Assembly (NCBI RefSeq): GCF_001194135.2 | Contig: NC_068997.1 | Span: forward strand, 27,799,411 to 27,863,410 | Reading direction: 5' to 3' | Source: Octopus bimaculoides | Taxonomy: Eukaryota | DNA length: 64,000 nucleotides | Shown: positions 52,510 to 64,000 of the stretch, one piece after another | Layout: each line of letters begins with the position of its first letter | Position numbering within the stretch: position 1 is the stretch's first letter | Program-made: the position numbers and the translations under genes | Notes under the pieces: generated by a model | Seen by the model: the letters and a program-made list of their open reading frames with translations, nothing else | What the model was told of the DNA's origin: nothing | Database searches by the model: none

Positions 52510-54995
52510 GTGTGTGAAGAGAGAGAGATGGTTAGTTTAGTGAAATTTATGTGATATTAAAATGTCTACCTGAGTACACCTATTAATTATCCTTCCTATC
52601 TTTATAATGTTCCACCTACTATGTGATACATTCTAAGGCCCACTGGGGTTGGTGAGGAAGAAAAGGCGAAAATTATTCTTAGACTGGAGACCAACCATGA
52701 ATGCTTGCAACATTCAGACCAGTTATAGGTAACCTGTAGCCCATGGAACTTGCTGAATGGCAAGCCCAATGAAAAATTATCTTAACCCTTTAGCTTTTAA
52801 ACCAGCAAAATCTGGTCCAAATATTTTATGCTCAAACTGGCCAGATTTGACCTCTCACATCTACTGTAAAATGTCATACCAAAAATATACAATCACATCA
52901 TCAAAATTTCAAAGCTATAATATAATTACGTTTAAAAATGTGAATAAATAAGCATCACATGTGGCACAATAATTTGACTGCTAAAGGGTTAAATTTTTCA
53001 TTTTTGTAACCCACCAGATGATGATTTCTGTTTCATGCAGCCCACTTCTTGAAAATGGTTGCTCATGCCTGATTTAGACTCTGTTTAAAGGAGTCAAGGG
53101 CTAGATGGCAGTGTTAAACAGGGTGATAGCCTCCCATCACAATAATGTACCCCTTAAAGGTGCCTAATGATAAAGTAATGGTAATAAACTGGATGACAGA
53201 TAAATTCGAATACTGCAGTGTATCACAGAAAGATTCCCAAGGACAGGGTAGAAAGAGATAACAGATGATGTCCATTATTCAATAAAAAGAGATACAACTG
53301 AAGAATGACAAAGAAGAAAAACAATCACAGATGATGGATATGTGAAAATAGGAATCGGTATAAAATAAAATGTCAGATGTATTTCTGATCATGTAGAGGT
53401 AAGCCCATAACCAAAAAGAATGTAGAAGAAGCTAACAAAAAATATCATTAGAATTAATGATACTGATTGTTAATTAATTATATAAAATTAATTATAAATC
53501 AAAAAGTTAATTAAAATTCTTTTTGAAAATTAAAAAAACTAAAGATACAATGAAATTAAATAAGAATTCTAGAAATCCCCAGACCCAAGAATTTAAGAGA
53601 AAAAAGAAAGGTTTTTAGATGGTGATGATGATGATGATGTGAGGTAGAAGAAACCCAAAATGGTGTGGAAAAATTTCAGAACTTGAAACAGATAAAAATT
53701 TTTTTTAAAAACCCCATTCCAGAGTAATGTGAATATTATCAATAACTTGCCAGTATGGTTCTGGAGTAATTCTTGGTGAGTTACATTAACTGAAAAACAA
53801 CAAAAATACCAATATATATGTGTGTAGAGAGAGAAAGAGACATGGTTATTCTTGTGAAATTTATGTGATATTAAAATGATTCCACCTGGGTACACCTATT
53901 AATTATCGTTTCCATCTCCAGAGTGCTTAACCTACTTTGTGACATAGCCTCAGGTCTACCAAAACTGGTGACGGAAGAAAAGGAGGAAATTATTCTTAGA
54001 ATGGAGACCAGCCATGAATGCTTGCAACATTCACACCAGTAATAGGTAACCTGCAACCCACAGAACTCCCTGAATGGCAGGCCTAAAGTAAAACTACCCT
54101 GAAGTTTATATTAGTGTGGCCTGCCAGATGATGGCTCATGTCTCATGTGGCCCACTTCTTGACAACAGTTGTTTATTCCTGATTTAGAGTTTAAAGAACT
54201 CAAGGGCTAGATGGTGGTGTTAAACAGGGTGACAGTCTACCACAATAGTGTATCCCATAAAAGTACCTAAAGATAGATAGATGGTAATTAACTGGATGAC
54301 AGATAAATTATATAATACAGTATTATACAAATAATACTGTTTTATAATGTGCCAAATAAAATTTCACAAGACCAGGATAAACAGGGTGAGAGATAATGTC
54401 CTTGAATCAATAAATAGAGACATAACTGAAGAACGAAAAAGAAAAACATGATCACAGATAATAGATATGTGAAAATAAGGAATTCTTATAAAAGAAAATG
54501 TCAGATAGATTTCTGATCATGCAGAGGTGATCATATATGCATAATGAATGTAGAAGTAGTTAACAGAAAATGTAATTAGAATTAATGATACTGATTGTTA
54601 ATTAATTACATAAAATTAATTATAAATTAAGTCAATTAAAACCTTTTTATGAATCAAAAATTAAAGAAACAATGAAATGAAATTAAAATTGTAGAAATTC
54701 CGACACCCGAGACAAAAAGAATAAAAGAATTTTAGAGAAAAAGAAAAGAGCTTGATTTAAATGATGGTGATGACGTGGAGGAGAATTTGTAACAGAAAAA
54801 AACCAAGCATGAAAGGTAAAATGGTATGGAAGAATTTCAAAATTTGAAATAATAATAATAATAATAATAATAAAAGAAAATAAGCTTTCCGGAGTAATGT
54901 GAGGTAATGTGAGTGTTATCAGTAACTTGCCAGTATTGTTCTGGAGAAATTCTTCATGTGTGACATTAACTGAAAAACAACAAAAATACCAACAT

Positions 54996-55000
<5 letters not shown>
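52510..55000 (+). repeat. Diverged tandem duplication, units about 1.3 kb and 1.17 kb, in the last ACP7 intron
   Basis: Units start gtgaaatttatgtgatattaaaatg (about 52539 and 53853) and end cattaactgaaaaacaacaaaaatacca (about 53810 and 54990). They are colinear apart from the MITE in unit 1. Confidence 0.85.
52786..52988 (+). mobile_element. TTAA-specific (piggyBac-type) MITE, 203 bp
   Basis: TTAA at 52782-52785 and 52989-52992; TIRs CCCTTTAGC / GCTAAAGGG. Absent from the paralogous site in the adjacent tandem duplicate (about 54085-54105). Confidence 0.85.
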
Positions 55001-55031
<31 letters not shown>

Positions 55032-56153
55032 TTACAGATATAGGGTATAAATTAATAATTGATTAATAAATAGTAATTTTACCAAGTAGTTCGGTGTGTT
55101 AAAAAAACCATTATCGGTAAACTCATATAAACATAATTAGAATTAGGGTTCAGTAAGAATTGCTTCACCACACACCGAAAATTAGAAATAGCAGTCAAAG
55201 CTACTATTTCTCTACCAAAATATGACTCCCAGACAGGAATACTCGCAACTTAACAGGCAAAAAAGAAAAAAATATTATTTTTTCTTTTTTGCCTGTTGCA
55301 AAATTGAAGACTGATGGTGTCATTCTGTCAAAGTGGGAACGCAGGATTTCCATGCTTATATTTTTTAACTTATGTGTTTCTTCATTTTATATTTTGAACT
55401 TGAAAAGGACAGACAAGATGTCGAAATATCGTTCAAACCAATAAATAATCTATTACAATCTCATCACACTCTTCTTATTGTCTATTTACCTTTGTGAAGA
55501 GTTACGTCAATCTTTTTCATACAATTCCTATTAATTAGGATGTTTTTAAAACATAGAATAGCTATGGGGATCCACCTGAGTAAAAAAGGAATCAAAAGGG
55601 TAATTAGTTAGAAAAATGGTTGAGAACAACTAGTTTAAAGGAATGGCCCCAAGCTTTTTTTGCACCACAGACTTATTTCGCGCAAGACAATTTTCCCACA
55701 CACAAGGGAATCACTCTGCAGTCGACGATAGTCAATTAAAGAGAAGAGAAATTCTATGCGACTCTGTACCAAATGAACCACGAAACAGAGCTTAAACGTG
55801 TCTCGTTAGCAACGAGAGTAGCTTCCCTTACATCTTTCAAGTAAATTATTCATTTATCTCCCTTGCGTTAATGTCGTTTACTGTTTATAAGTAGAAGAGA
55901 CTCTTCAGCTTTGGCAGAAAATGTTTATCGTGCTGGTAATAATGACAAAATGGTATGCAGTCCTTATTGTAAATGTGTTAGTCACTAACAAAAGGCTTAT
56001 GAGTGTAAATATTATGTAAGAAAAGAAAAACGGATTAACTAAAATCGTGCGTTGTCGTGCGGTCCCCACTGTTACATATACAAACAAGGAGTTACACAGA
56101 CGAAACCCAGCCAGGGACAGAAGACGAACACACGGACCTTCAAGTAAATTTAA

Positions 56154-57279
56154 CCCTCCATTGGTGCAGTGGAGTATCTCATACCCCAGGTGATGTTTGT
56201 ATATGTGTGTCTTACATTTGGCAGCAAGTGTTAGTGCCTACCATCCATGTAATTTCTTGGCACACTCCACTGAGTTAATTCCTAACTCCACTCAGTTACC
56301 TGCTGAGTGATGAGAAGTGTACACACGTATTATTTGTGTCTGGGGTTGTGCATACCCCACCATACCATTCACTGGACTATTTATTAACAGGTACATTTTT
56401 GTTTCCTTTTCTTTATTGTTTGTTATTTTATTTATTTATTTTTATATCTGAAAGGCTGATTATTTCTTGCATAAAATTATAGATTATCGTTAACTGACCA
56501 ACATTTTTTTTTTTTTTTTTTTGCTATTAGATGGTTCTGAATGTCATAAAAGTGAGAAATCTTCTTTCCTTTCAGATTCACAATGGACTACGAAAGATAA
56601 ATGGAAAAATTGAGAGAGAATTAGACATGGAAGAATCAAAATCATACAGTTTTCCACACCATACTCAATGTTGCAAGAATAAATGCATTCAATATATTTA
56701 TGGCAAACTCTCAAACAGCTCTCAGGCACCGAAGGTTTCAAGTTGGTGGAGAACCATATCCATCATTGCAAGACAAACCCATATTTGAGGAAAGACTTGA
56801 TAAGTAAGATTCAACATTTCTCAGCATCTGAGGAATTACCTCCAAAATGTCGTTGTGAAGATTCCATACAAAGATGCTCATTGTGCCCCAGGTCAAAAGA
56901 TTGTAAGACAAGAAATTGCTGCCAGAAGTGCTATAAGCCAGTCTGCTTGCTACATGCTATGCACATTTGCATTGACGGCTTTGCCCAGAGTGATGAGGAT
57001 GATAGTGCAAACAATGAATAAACTGTAAATATGAAAGGAACGACTTTTCCCACCAAAAAATAGTTTTATTTTGTTTGATCTTCATTTTCAAAGATTACTC
57101 ATTTGTTTTTGTTTACATGTTAAATAAATATATTATATCCGAATATGTTTTTTGGTAATACTATTGCTTAAGAACACATAAAGTAATAAAAAGTACTAAA
57201 AATAGCTAAAACTACGAGTGAGGTTCTCTATACCCTACTGCACTAAACATGAAAAATACAGAACCGCACCACTGGAGGG
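56154..57279 (+). mobile_element. Internally deleted piggyBac transposon (1126 bp) in the last ACP7 intron
   Basis: TTAA at 56150-56153 and 57280-57283. TIRs CCCTCCATTGGTGC / GCACCACTGGAGGG (13/14 match). Frameshifted C-terminal transposase remnant about 56640-57020: FHTILNVARINAFNIFMANS, then Cys-rich RCSLCPRSKDCKTRNCCQKCYKPVCLLHAMHIC. Confidence 0.9.
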
Positions 57280-57360
57280 TTAAGAAGAAACTACTTTGTA
57301 ACAATAGTTCCATTAAAAAGCTGAAATTTAAAAAAGAAAAAGAAAATCAATACAGGTACA

Positions 57361-57722
57361 GGCATGGCTTGGTGGCAAAAAGCTTGCTTCCCAGCCACAT
57401 GGTTTTGGGTTCAGTCCCACTGCATGGTGACTTCAGCAAGTATTTTCTGCTATAGCTCTGAGCCAACCAATGTCTTGTGAATGGATTCGGTTGAAGGAAA
57501 CTAAAAGAAGTTAGTCAAATGTGTGTGTGTGTGTCTGTGTGTACCCATCACTGCTTGACAACTAGTGCTGGTTTGTGTTCAGCTCTCATGACTTAACAGT
57601 TTGGCAAAAGAGACCGATAGAATAAATACCACCAAAAAAATAGTGATTCGTTCAACTAAAACCCTTCAAAGCAGTACTCCAGCATGGTCACAGTCCAATG
57701 AGTGAGACACGTAAAAAATAAA
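57361..57722 (+). mobile_element. tRNA-derived SINE family C with CORE-like segment and internal (GT)n, near full length
   Basis: Head ggcatggcttggtggcaaaaagcttgcttcccagccac..gggttcagtcccac; tail ctccagcatggtcacagtc. Partial copies at about 2180-2385(+), 2405-2520(+), 18808-18958(-), 25620-25750(-), 32575-32780(+), 32785-32910(-), 44100-44330(-), 47456-47600(+), 51092-51335(+). Several carry ccttgggcaagtg, resembling the MIR/CORE motif. Confidence 0.75.
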
Positions 57723-57829
57723 TATATGAAAATATCAAATAATTAAAATAATTACTGGCAGTGAATAAATGATCTTTTTGTTTTTCAAAAAACGAAAAGA
57801 AGACAACCCCAAACTTCTTTCCAGCTTAC

Positions 57830-58023
57830 CTGCATCCCTATCCATGGGATCTGGGCCCCATTTACTGCCAGCAGCCCCTGTTATAATATGGATTGGTGCA
57901 GCAGCATCTGTGTAGTTCTCACTGACCACTTTACCATTGTAAACAGGATACAGACGTTCATAAGAATGTTCATGAGCTTCAAAAACTAGATCAACACCAG
58001 CAATGTAGAATATGTTCTCCAAG
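57830..58023 (-). CDS. ACP7: ACP7-like purple acid phosphatase, internal exon, 194 bp
   Basis: Lies within ORF 57735..58049: (H)LENIFYIAGVDLVFEAHEHSYERLYPVYNGKVVSENYTDAAAPIHIITGAAGSKWGPDPMDRDA(G). GVDL..AHEHSYER is the GHxH metal motif in its ACP7 form. Acceptor ttttccag, donor G|gtaagc; phase 2 in, phase 1 out. Confidence 0.95.
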
Positions 58024-59159
58024 CTGGAAAAAAAAAAGAAAAAAAACACATTCAGAGAATATCAGTAACAAATAAAAGAAAACAAAAATGGAGAACATGT
58101 ATAATTTATTAATTAGTTTATTAAATATTTTATTGGGCTGGTCTCATAATGTTTTGCTATCTGTTGCAACTCTTCGTCATCTGGTATGCACAGCAACCAG
58201 CAATAACTGTTATTGACAAAGTCATGTTTTTTTACAGCTTGACACCTTTTGTATCAGAAACCACAACACAGCATTGTAGAGCCTCCATCCCTCGAGATTG
58301 GCCATGTAGCTGTAAATGTGTAAGCAAGCCTGGGCAAGGTAGATTGTGGAAGATTGTTTGTTGGTGTTACGTGCAAGTTATCCTTCCCTGTGTTGCTAAT
58401 ATGGTCCAAGGGAAAGACTGCTACTTTAGACCCAAAACAGCTGGTATCAATTTCATTGTAAGTATTACTGTCAGAATACAAGGGACAAGAACAGTTAGCA
58501 CAAAGCAAACTATATGACCCTCTAAACAGCTACGTCAATCCATCACCCTACACTGGTTATTTTTTTTTATCAACCCTAAAAGGAAATGCAAAATTTAACT
58601 TGGAAGAATTTTAACTCAGACAACCAAACCAAAAACTGTAAAACATTCTATCCAACACTAATGACTGCAAACTTTCCACCTTTCATAAAATAGACTTCGT
58701 GCAGTTTATAATGTCACTGGCACTGGGGGAATTACTGACAACAAGATTGTACAGTGATCTCTGCTTTGCATTTCTTTTGTCAGAGTTACCATTCTCCCTG
58801 ACAGGCTGCTGGCCCTGTTGGTTCAGATATTAACATCTTCCCTGCTCTTTTCTTCTTATGTTTTGTTTTACAACTGGGTCACCTTACTTTCACCAATCAA
58901 TATACAGTCTAGACTGTGAATGCATTTTAATCCTGATGGCGGTTGTCTGCAAGTACTGAAGTGTCAGGTGACACCTGACTAGCTCCATTTTAGTCTCACA
59001 ATAGATCAGATAGAGCAATTTAGTCCCAGGTTAGATTAAATTAAACAGACTTTTGGTCAGAGGCATACCACCCATGACTATTCCATTTTGAGGATGTAGG
59101 ACAACATTATTCAGTATTGTCCATTCAGTATGTTCTTTGTTCATGGGGAAGTTTTCTAA

Positions 59160-59645
59160 CCTGTCAGTATATATAAATGTACTTATCCACAGCTATAAGC
59201 AGTTTAACTGCTATTTCTAGTAATATAAGTACTTCTAACATATACAGTCACAATTAGTGATGACTAAATCTTGCCTATATGGATTATATTGCACCCAGCT
59301 GCCCACATAAATCTTATGCTGTATGATTTGGCATTTCACTAAATCAGCCATAAATACATATGGCAATTATGTTGATACTGACAGAAAGAATTAGCTGTTC
59401 CATGGAAGCAATGGAGGCACACTATTGACAATACCCATTTTGATGAAACTTGCACTTCTAACTTCAATGTGCTCATGGAGCAGTCATATACCTTGTCAGT
59501 ATATATAAATGTGCTTTTTTAGCAGCTATAAGTGGTTTAACTGCTATTTCTAGCAATATAATGTGTTTGTAGCACATACAGTCACAATTAGTGACGACTA
59601 AATTTTGCCGATAATACAGTTTATATTGTGCCCAGCTGCCCATAT
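59160..59645 (+). repeat. Direct duplication of about 150 bp at 332-bp spacing in an ACP7 intron
   Basis: tgtcagtatatataaatgt..cagctataag..tttaactgctatttctag..cagtcacaattagtga..cccagctgccca at 59162 and 59494. Confidence 0.75.
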
Positions 59646-60628
59646 TAATTTTGTATTATATATAGTAAGGAAATGTGTACCAACCAGGAGAACTATAACC
59701 CTCATTAAATATGACTGAGGGATTGCTAGAAATAAGAGCTAAATGCTCTAATGCTGCAGTCAAAGTATATAATTGTATACATACATGCTGACAGGGACTG
59801 TAATAGCCTGAAGAGCAGCAGGTGAGATATTCCCAGACTGATTGACCAGTTTTGGCTTTTGCTGTGGGATTGGCCTACTTGGCTGATTCCAGACAACAAT
59901 CACTCTCGGCATATATGACTACGCCACAGAAATCTATAAATGATTTAGCGAATCACTAATATCTATACAAATAATGTTTTTAGGTAGCAGTAAGCAAATC
60001 AGAGCATTTAGCTCTTATTTCTAGCAATGTAGGTGTTTATAATACCCTCAGTCATATTTAATGACAGTTATAATTTTTCTTGTTATTGCACATTTGCTTA
60101 TGGCTATCTAAATAAATTATATGTATACACATTAGCGATTCACTAAATCATCCATAGATTTCTATGGTGTAGACGTGTGTGTGTGTTTGAGATATTGTTA
60201 TGCTACTTGAAGTTTGTTGTCGCTATGGATAGCAGATCTATGGTGTAAAGAGTTCCAAACTTGACCTTTCACCTTATTTTGAATATCTAGGACAACATTA
60301 TTCAGTATGTTCTCCCTTTCTCAAGAAAGTAGGGTGTAATTTGAAGCAGGTTTAGAAGCTATTCTCGAAAGTCATATAATCAGGTAAAATTTCAAATATG
60401 TCAAAGAGAGATTTTCATACAAGCAACAAATTGTCTAGAGAGGTTGTTGTTGTTGCTGATCTACTGAACAATATTGAATGAGCAGATCTATGGTCAAAGG
60501 GATTCTAGCCATGACCATCCCACAGACAGACTGACAGGTACTCATATATACACACACACATACACACATACATACATACATACATATACCTACATACACA
60601 TATATGGAAGAAAGCAATAAAGGAAGGA

Positions 60629-60659
<31 letters not shown>

Positions 60660-60669
60660 TGATCTTTAC

Positions 60670-60867
60670 TGCTCTTTAACTTTGGAATTTTCCAAAGTAC
60701 AATCATCATCATTGCTGTTGGAACAATACATTGGGCGATGACCAACAGCTATAATCCAAGGATGGTCTTTTCTCTGTTTATTTGCTTTGTCTAGGTCATC
60801 TATCAGCCAAGCAGACTGAGTTGCAATATGTTTGGTGTCTTTTATAAAGAATACTTCTGTGGAATAA
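60670..60867 (-). CDS. ACP7: ACP7-like purple acid phosphatase, internal exon, 198 bp
   Basis: Manual translation: (S)YSTEVFFIKDTKHIATQSAWLIDDLDKANKQRKDHPWIIAVGHRPMYCSNSNDDDCTLENSKVKE(H), containing the metal-binding VxxH block (PWII.VGHRPMYCSN). Polypyrimidine tract plus ttccag acceptor, donor CA|gtaaag; phase 2 in and out, fitting both neighbours. Confidence 0.95.
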
Positions 60868-61170
60868 CTGGAAAGAAAGGAAAAAAAAAAAAATTAATTT
60901 AATTCGAAATTCAATGTTTTTATTTTTGTATTCTAAGTGGCAGGAAGAATATATACAAAACAAACAAACAAACAAAAATATATTTTGTCCAGTTCTTTAT
61001 CTATTTTTCTTTATTATAAGCATAAAGCCTGAGAAAAAAAGAGGGGACACCACAAGGACAGACAACACAAAACGTGGGGTACATAGAACATATCGTATAA
61101 TAAATAAAAGAATGAAATATTAAATGGCATATCTGCTCCAGTTCTTTATTTATTCTGGCATCATCCATGC

Positions 61171-61201
<31 letters not shown>

Positions 61202-61925
61202 AACAATAATAATAATAATAATGTTTTCAAATTTTAGCCCAAGGCCAGAAATTTCAGGGTAGGGAATAAGTCAATTACATTGATCCTAGTGCTTAAATGG
61301 TACTTATTTTATCAACACGGAAAGTTGACCTCGGTGGAATTTGAACTCAGAACATAAAGACAAATGAGATGTTGCTAAGCATTTTTGCTTACTATGTTTA
61401 CAATTCTGCCAGCTCATCACTTTAACAATAATAATAATAATAATTCTTTCTACAATAGGGACAAGGCCTGAAATTATGCAGGAGGGTGACTAGACGATTA
61501 CATTGACCCCAGTACTTAACTGGTACTTATTTCATCAACCCCGATGCAAGATGTTGAAACTTTAGTGTGTTGATGTCCAGAGAAACAGGACATTGAAAAT
61601 ATGGAAGGTACACATCTCTCAACAGCTTCCAGCATTTCAATATTCTAAACAGGATGGGTATTTCAGACTGGAAACCCAAACTCCAACCATATACGGCTTT
61701 AAATCGATAGCTAGTAATAGTTTCTGATTTAAGCACAAGAATAGCAATTTTGAAGTGATATTGCATCCTAATATTCATTGCATTGATAATTCATTCCAAA
61801 TTCTTACGATAGTTTTCACAATAGTAAAAAGAAAAAAAAGCCATTCCCTTATCCTGTAACAAAAAAGAAAAGAAAATCAATTAATTGAAGAAAATGAGTA
61901 TAATTTTTTTCAAAATGTGTCAAAC

Positions 61926-62046
61926 CTGATGAAATGTATTGGTCCGATATCAAAACTGTACCACAATTTATCCATCTTCATTGGCCAACTGGTTCCAGGC
62001 ATGGAAAAACGGTAACAATATTGAGCGAATGTTTCATTATCAATCT
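61926..62046 (-). CDS. ACP7: ACP7-like purple acid phosphatase, internal exon (first visible), 121 bp
   Basis: Manual translation: (E)IDNETFAQYCYRFSMPGTSWPMKMDKLWYSFDIGPIHFI(S), matching the region after the GNHE motif (human ACP7 recalled as RFSMPG...LWYSWDLGPAHIIS). Acceptor tttgcag, donor AG|gtttga; enters phase 1, leaves phase 2. Not in the supplied ORF track. Confidence 0.92.
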
Positions 62047-62086
62047 CTGCAAACAAACATAAAATACATCAAGACCTATCTATCTA

Positions 62087-62137
<51 letters not shown>

Positions 62138-62229
62138 GCCATCTTAGAGTCCAAAAGTCAGGAAAAAATACACTCATATATCTGTCAGTTGAGTGGGTCT
62201 AATTAATCAAAGTGTATAGTATCATATAT

Positions 62230-62514
62230 CTGTAAGGGACGACCGTGCGAACTCAAAAAGGAGAAATGGTGACAAATGGAAAAACAGAGGACTCCTTTTA
62301 TTTAAACGTGTCACACGGTCGAACACACAATTATATATCGAAGATGATATACATAATATGTTATGCGACGATAACATAGATGACCAGTAATGAAAGACCA
62401 CAACCGTATTATATGAATAACAGAGATATTTATTGTAGCGTTAAAGATGTATGTCTGTGTGAGAGTGTGAATGCGACATATAAGAACATAATCAAAGACA
62501 GGCCGTCATGCAAA
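62230..62514 (-). mobile_element. Possible LTR 3' end, cut by an assembly gap
   Basis: Minus strand reads ..tttaaataaaggagtcc..ggtcgtcccttaca: AATAAA about 70 bp before a terminal ACA. No partner LTR is seen. Confidence 0.3.
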
Positions 62515-63000
62515 NNNNNNNNNNNNNNNNNNNNNNNNNNNNNNNNNNNNNNNNNNNNNNNNNNNNNNNNNNNNNNNNNNNNNNNNNNNNNNNNNNNNNN
62601 NNNNNNNNNNNNNNNNNNNNNNNNNNNNNNNNNNNNNNNNNNNNNNNNNNNNNNNNNNNNNNNNNNNNNNNNNNNNNNNNNNNNNNNNNNNNNNNNNNNN
62701 NNNNNNNNNNNNNNNNNNNNNNNNNNNNNNNNNNNNNNNNNNNNNNNNNNNNNNNNNNNNNNNNNNNNNNNNNNNNNNNNNNNNNNNNNNNNNNNNNNNN
62801 NNNNNNNNNNNNNNNNNNNNNNNNNNNNNNNNNNNNNNNNNNNNNNNNNNNNNNNNNNNNNNNNNNNNNNNNNNNNNNNNNNNNNNNNNNNNNNNNNNNN
62901 NNNNNNNNNNNNNNNNNNNNNNNNNNNNNNNNNNNNNNNNNNNNNNNNNNNNNNNNNNNNNNNNNNNNNNNNNNNNNNNNNATCGTGTTGGTCATGATGA

Positions 63001-63410
63001 TGATGCTGGATAGTAGTAGTAGACTCTTGTTGCTGATGTGGCGACGGCGGAGGTCATCGTGGCTGGACGAAGCTGCTGAAGTGGTCACTGGCTGCTGCTG
63101 CTGTCGTGTGGTACACGGAACAGTTCTCAAAGAGAAACTGGACCGAGACAAATTATTGGGTATGAGTTAAAGCTATTTATAACAAACTATGGGCTCCCGA
63201 TGGCTTCAGAATTTTACTCTATCACGTGACCTTATTAGGGGCCGTGATTGGTCAGTTTGCGTTCTGGCGGGAAAGGTTTGAAGAAGTTGCCGATTCGAAT
63301 AATGATCAGTCACGTGATGTCAAGGAATGGGTTCTCTACTACGCTCGCATTTATTTATATTTAAATGAGAAGAATGGCGATAGCAGTTTTGTGTCTAATG
63401 GCGATAGGTA
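63001..63410. promoter_or_regulatory. CpG-rich promoter-like patch (host promoter or part of an LTR)
   Basis: About 20 CpG in 400 bp by eye against a CpG-poor background; TCACGTGA at about 63222 and 63310; GATTGG (reverse CCAAT) at about 63246; GGCGGGAAA at about 63266. Confidence 0.3.
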
Positions 63411-63417
63411 GTTTCAC

Positions 63418-63925
63418 TACATATCCATTACAGCTGATCTTGCCAATCAGTTTCACACTTGGGATTTAATGGAGTATTAGGTAAACCTGTACTCCGATTA
63501 TGTAAACCAGCACCCTTCAGAGGTAGCCATTTTCGAATGAAATATGGCGACTGCTCTCTATTGTGGGTGGTGAAAAGACATATGCGGTTTGTGGTTGCTG
63601 TGAAAGAGACAACGTAAAAAATCGAGCAGGAGTTAAGTTAAGAGTTATGTCTGTTCGTATCAAAAACATCTTCTTTGGGGGATGTTTTGTTGCAAGTCGG
63701 TGAGAGTTTCTAGAAGAGTGTTTATGGGAAATGCGTTATCTTTAAGGTTGATGTTCCACAAGAACACCAATCTTAAAGATACAACAATAGAGAGCGGTCA
63801 CCATGCTTCATTTCATAATGGCTACCTCTGAAGAGCTTAGGGTTACATAATCAGGCTGTTACCTAACATTTCGTTGAATCCTTAGTGTGAAACCAATTGG
63901 TAAGATCAGCCATAATGGATGTATA
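63418..63925. mobile_element. MITE-like element with about 110-bp imperfect TIRs and about 285-bp spacer
   Basis: 63418-63531 (atccattacagctgatcttgccaatcagtttcacact...cttcagaggtagccatt) is the diverged reverse complement of 63817-63925. Confidence 0.7.
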
Positions 63926-63944
63926 ATACTGTACACTTCAATTA

Positions 63945-63987
<43 letters not shown>

Positions 63988-64000
63988 CATACAGAGAGAG

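Noticed and set aside
55635-55705. hAT/Charlie-like terminal fragments (also near 8580, 10160 and 21930)
   Set aside because: Short single ends without a matching TIR or 8-bp TSD; boundaries cannot be supported.
62492-63151. Minus-strand ORF as the missing upstream ACP7 exon
   Set aside because: The readable part lacks the expected GD..Y or PGNH motifs and starts at TTG; the remainder is gap.

Overview
AT-rich, repeat-dense eukaryotic scaffold with 18 N-gaps (about 5.5 kb) and many microsatellites. The repeat families, microsatellite load and (TTAGGG)n motifs suggest an octopus/cephalopod genome; this is an inference, not a database result. The only well-supported host gene is the 3' part of a minus-strand purple acid phosphatase (ACP7-like). 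It has four exons with GT-AG sites and consistent phases (62046-61926, 60867-60670, 58023-57830, 47391-46823); I found no upstream exons, which lie in the 62515-62980 gap or beyond the window. The last exon extends about 140 aa past the phosphatase domain into a Thr/Ser-rich stalk, a transmembrane helix and a 58-aa tail with a YxxPhi motif, unlike the soluble ACP7 I recall from human. The rest is a transposon landscape: a deleted piggyBac with intact ends, TTAA MITEs, two 8-bp-TSD elements carrying telomeric repeats, mariner/Tc1 and RLE-LINE fragments, three tRNA-derived SINE families, LINE-like 3' ends with (GAT)n tails, several foldbacks and one pre-miRNA-sized hairpin. Almost all ORFs in the supplied track are microsatellite or gap artefacts. 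I found no rRNA, true tRNA gene or CRISPR array. I see no clear new multi-gene system; the best leads are the membrane-anchored phosphatase, the telomere-repeat transposons and the hairpin at 16134-16240.
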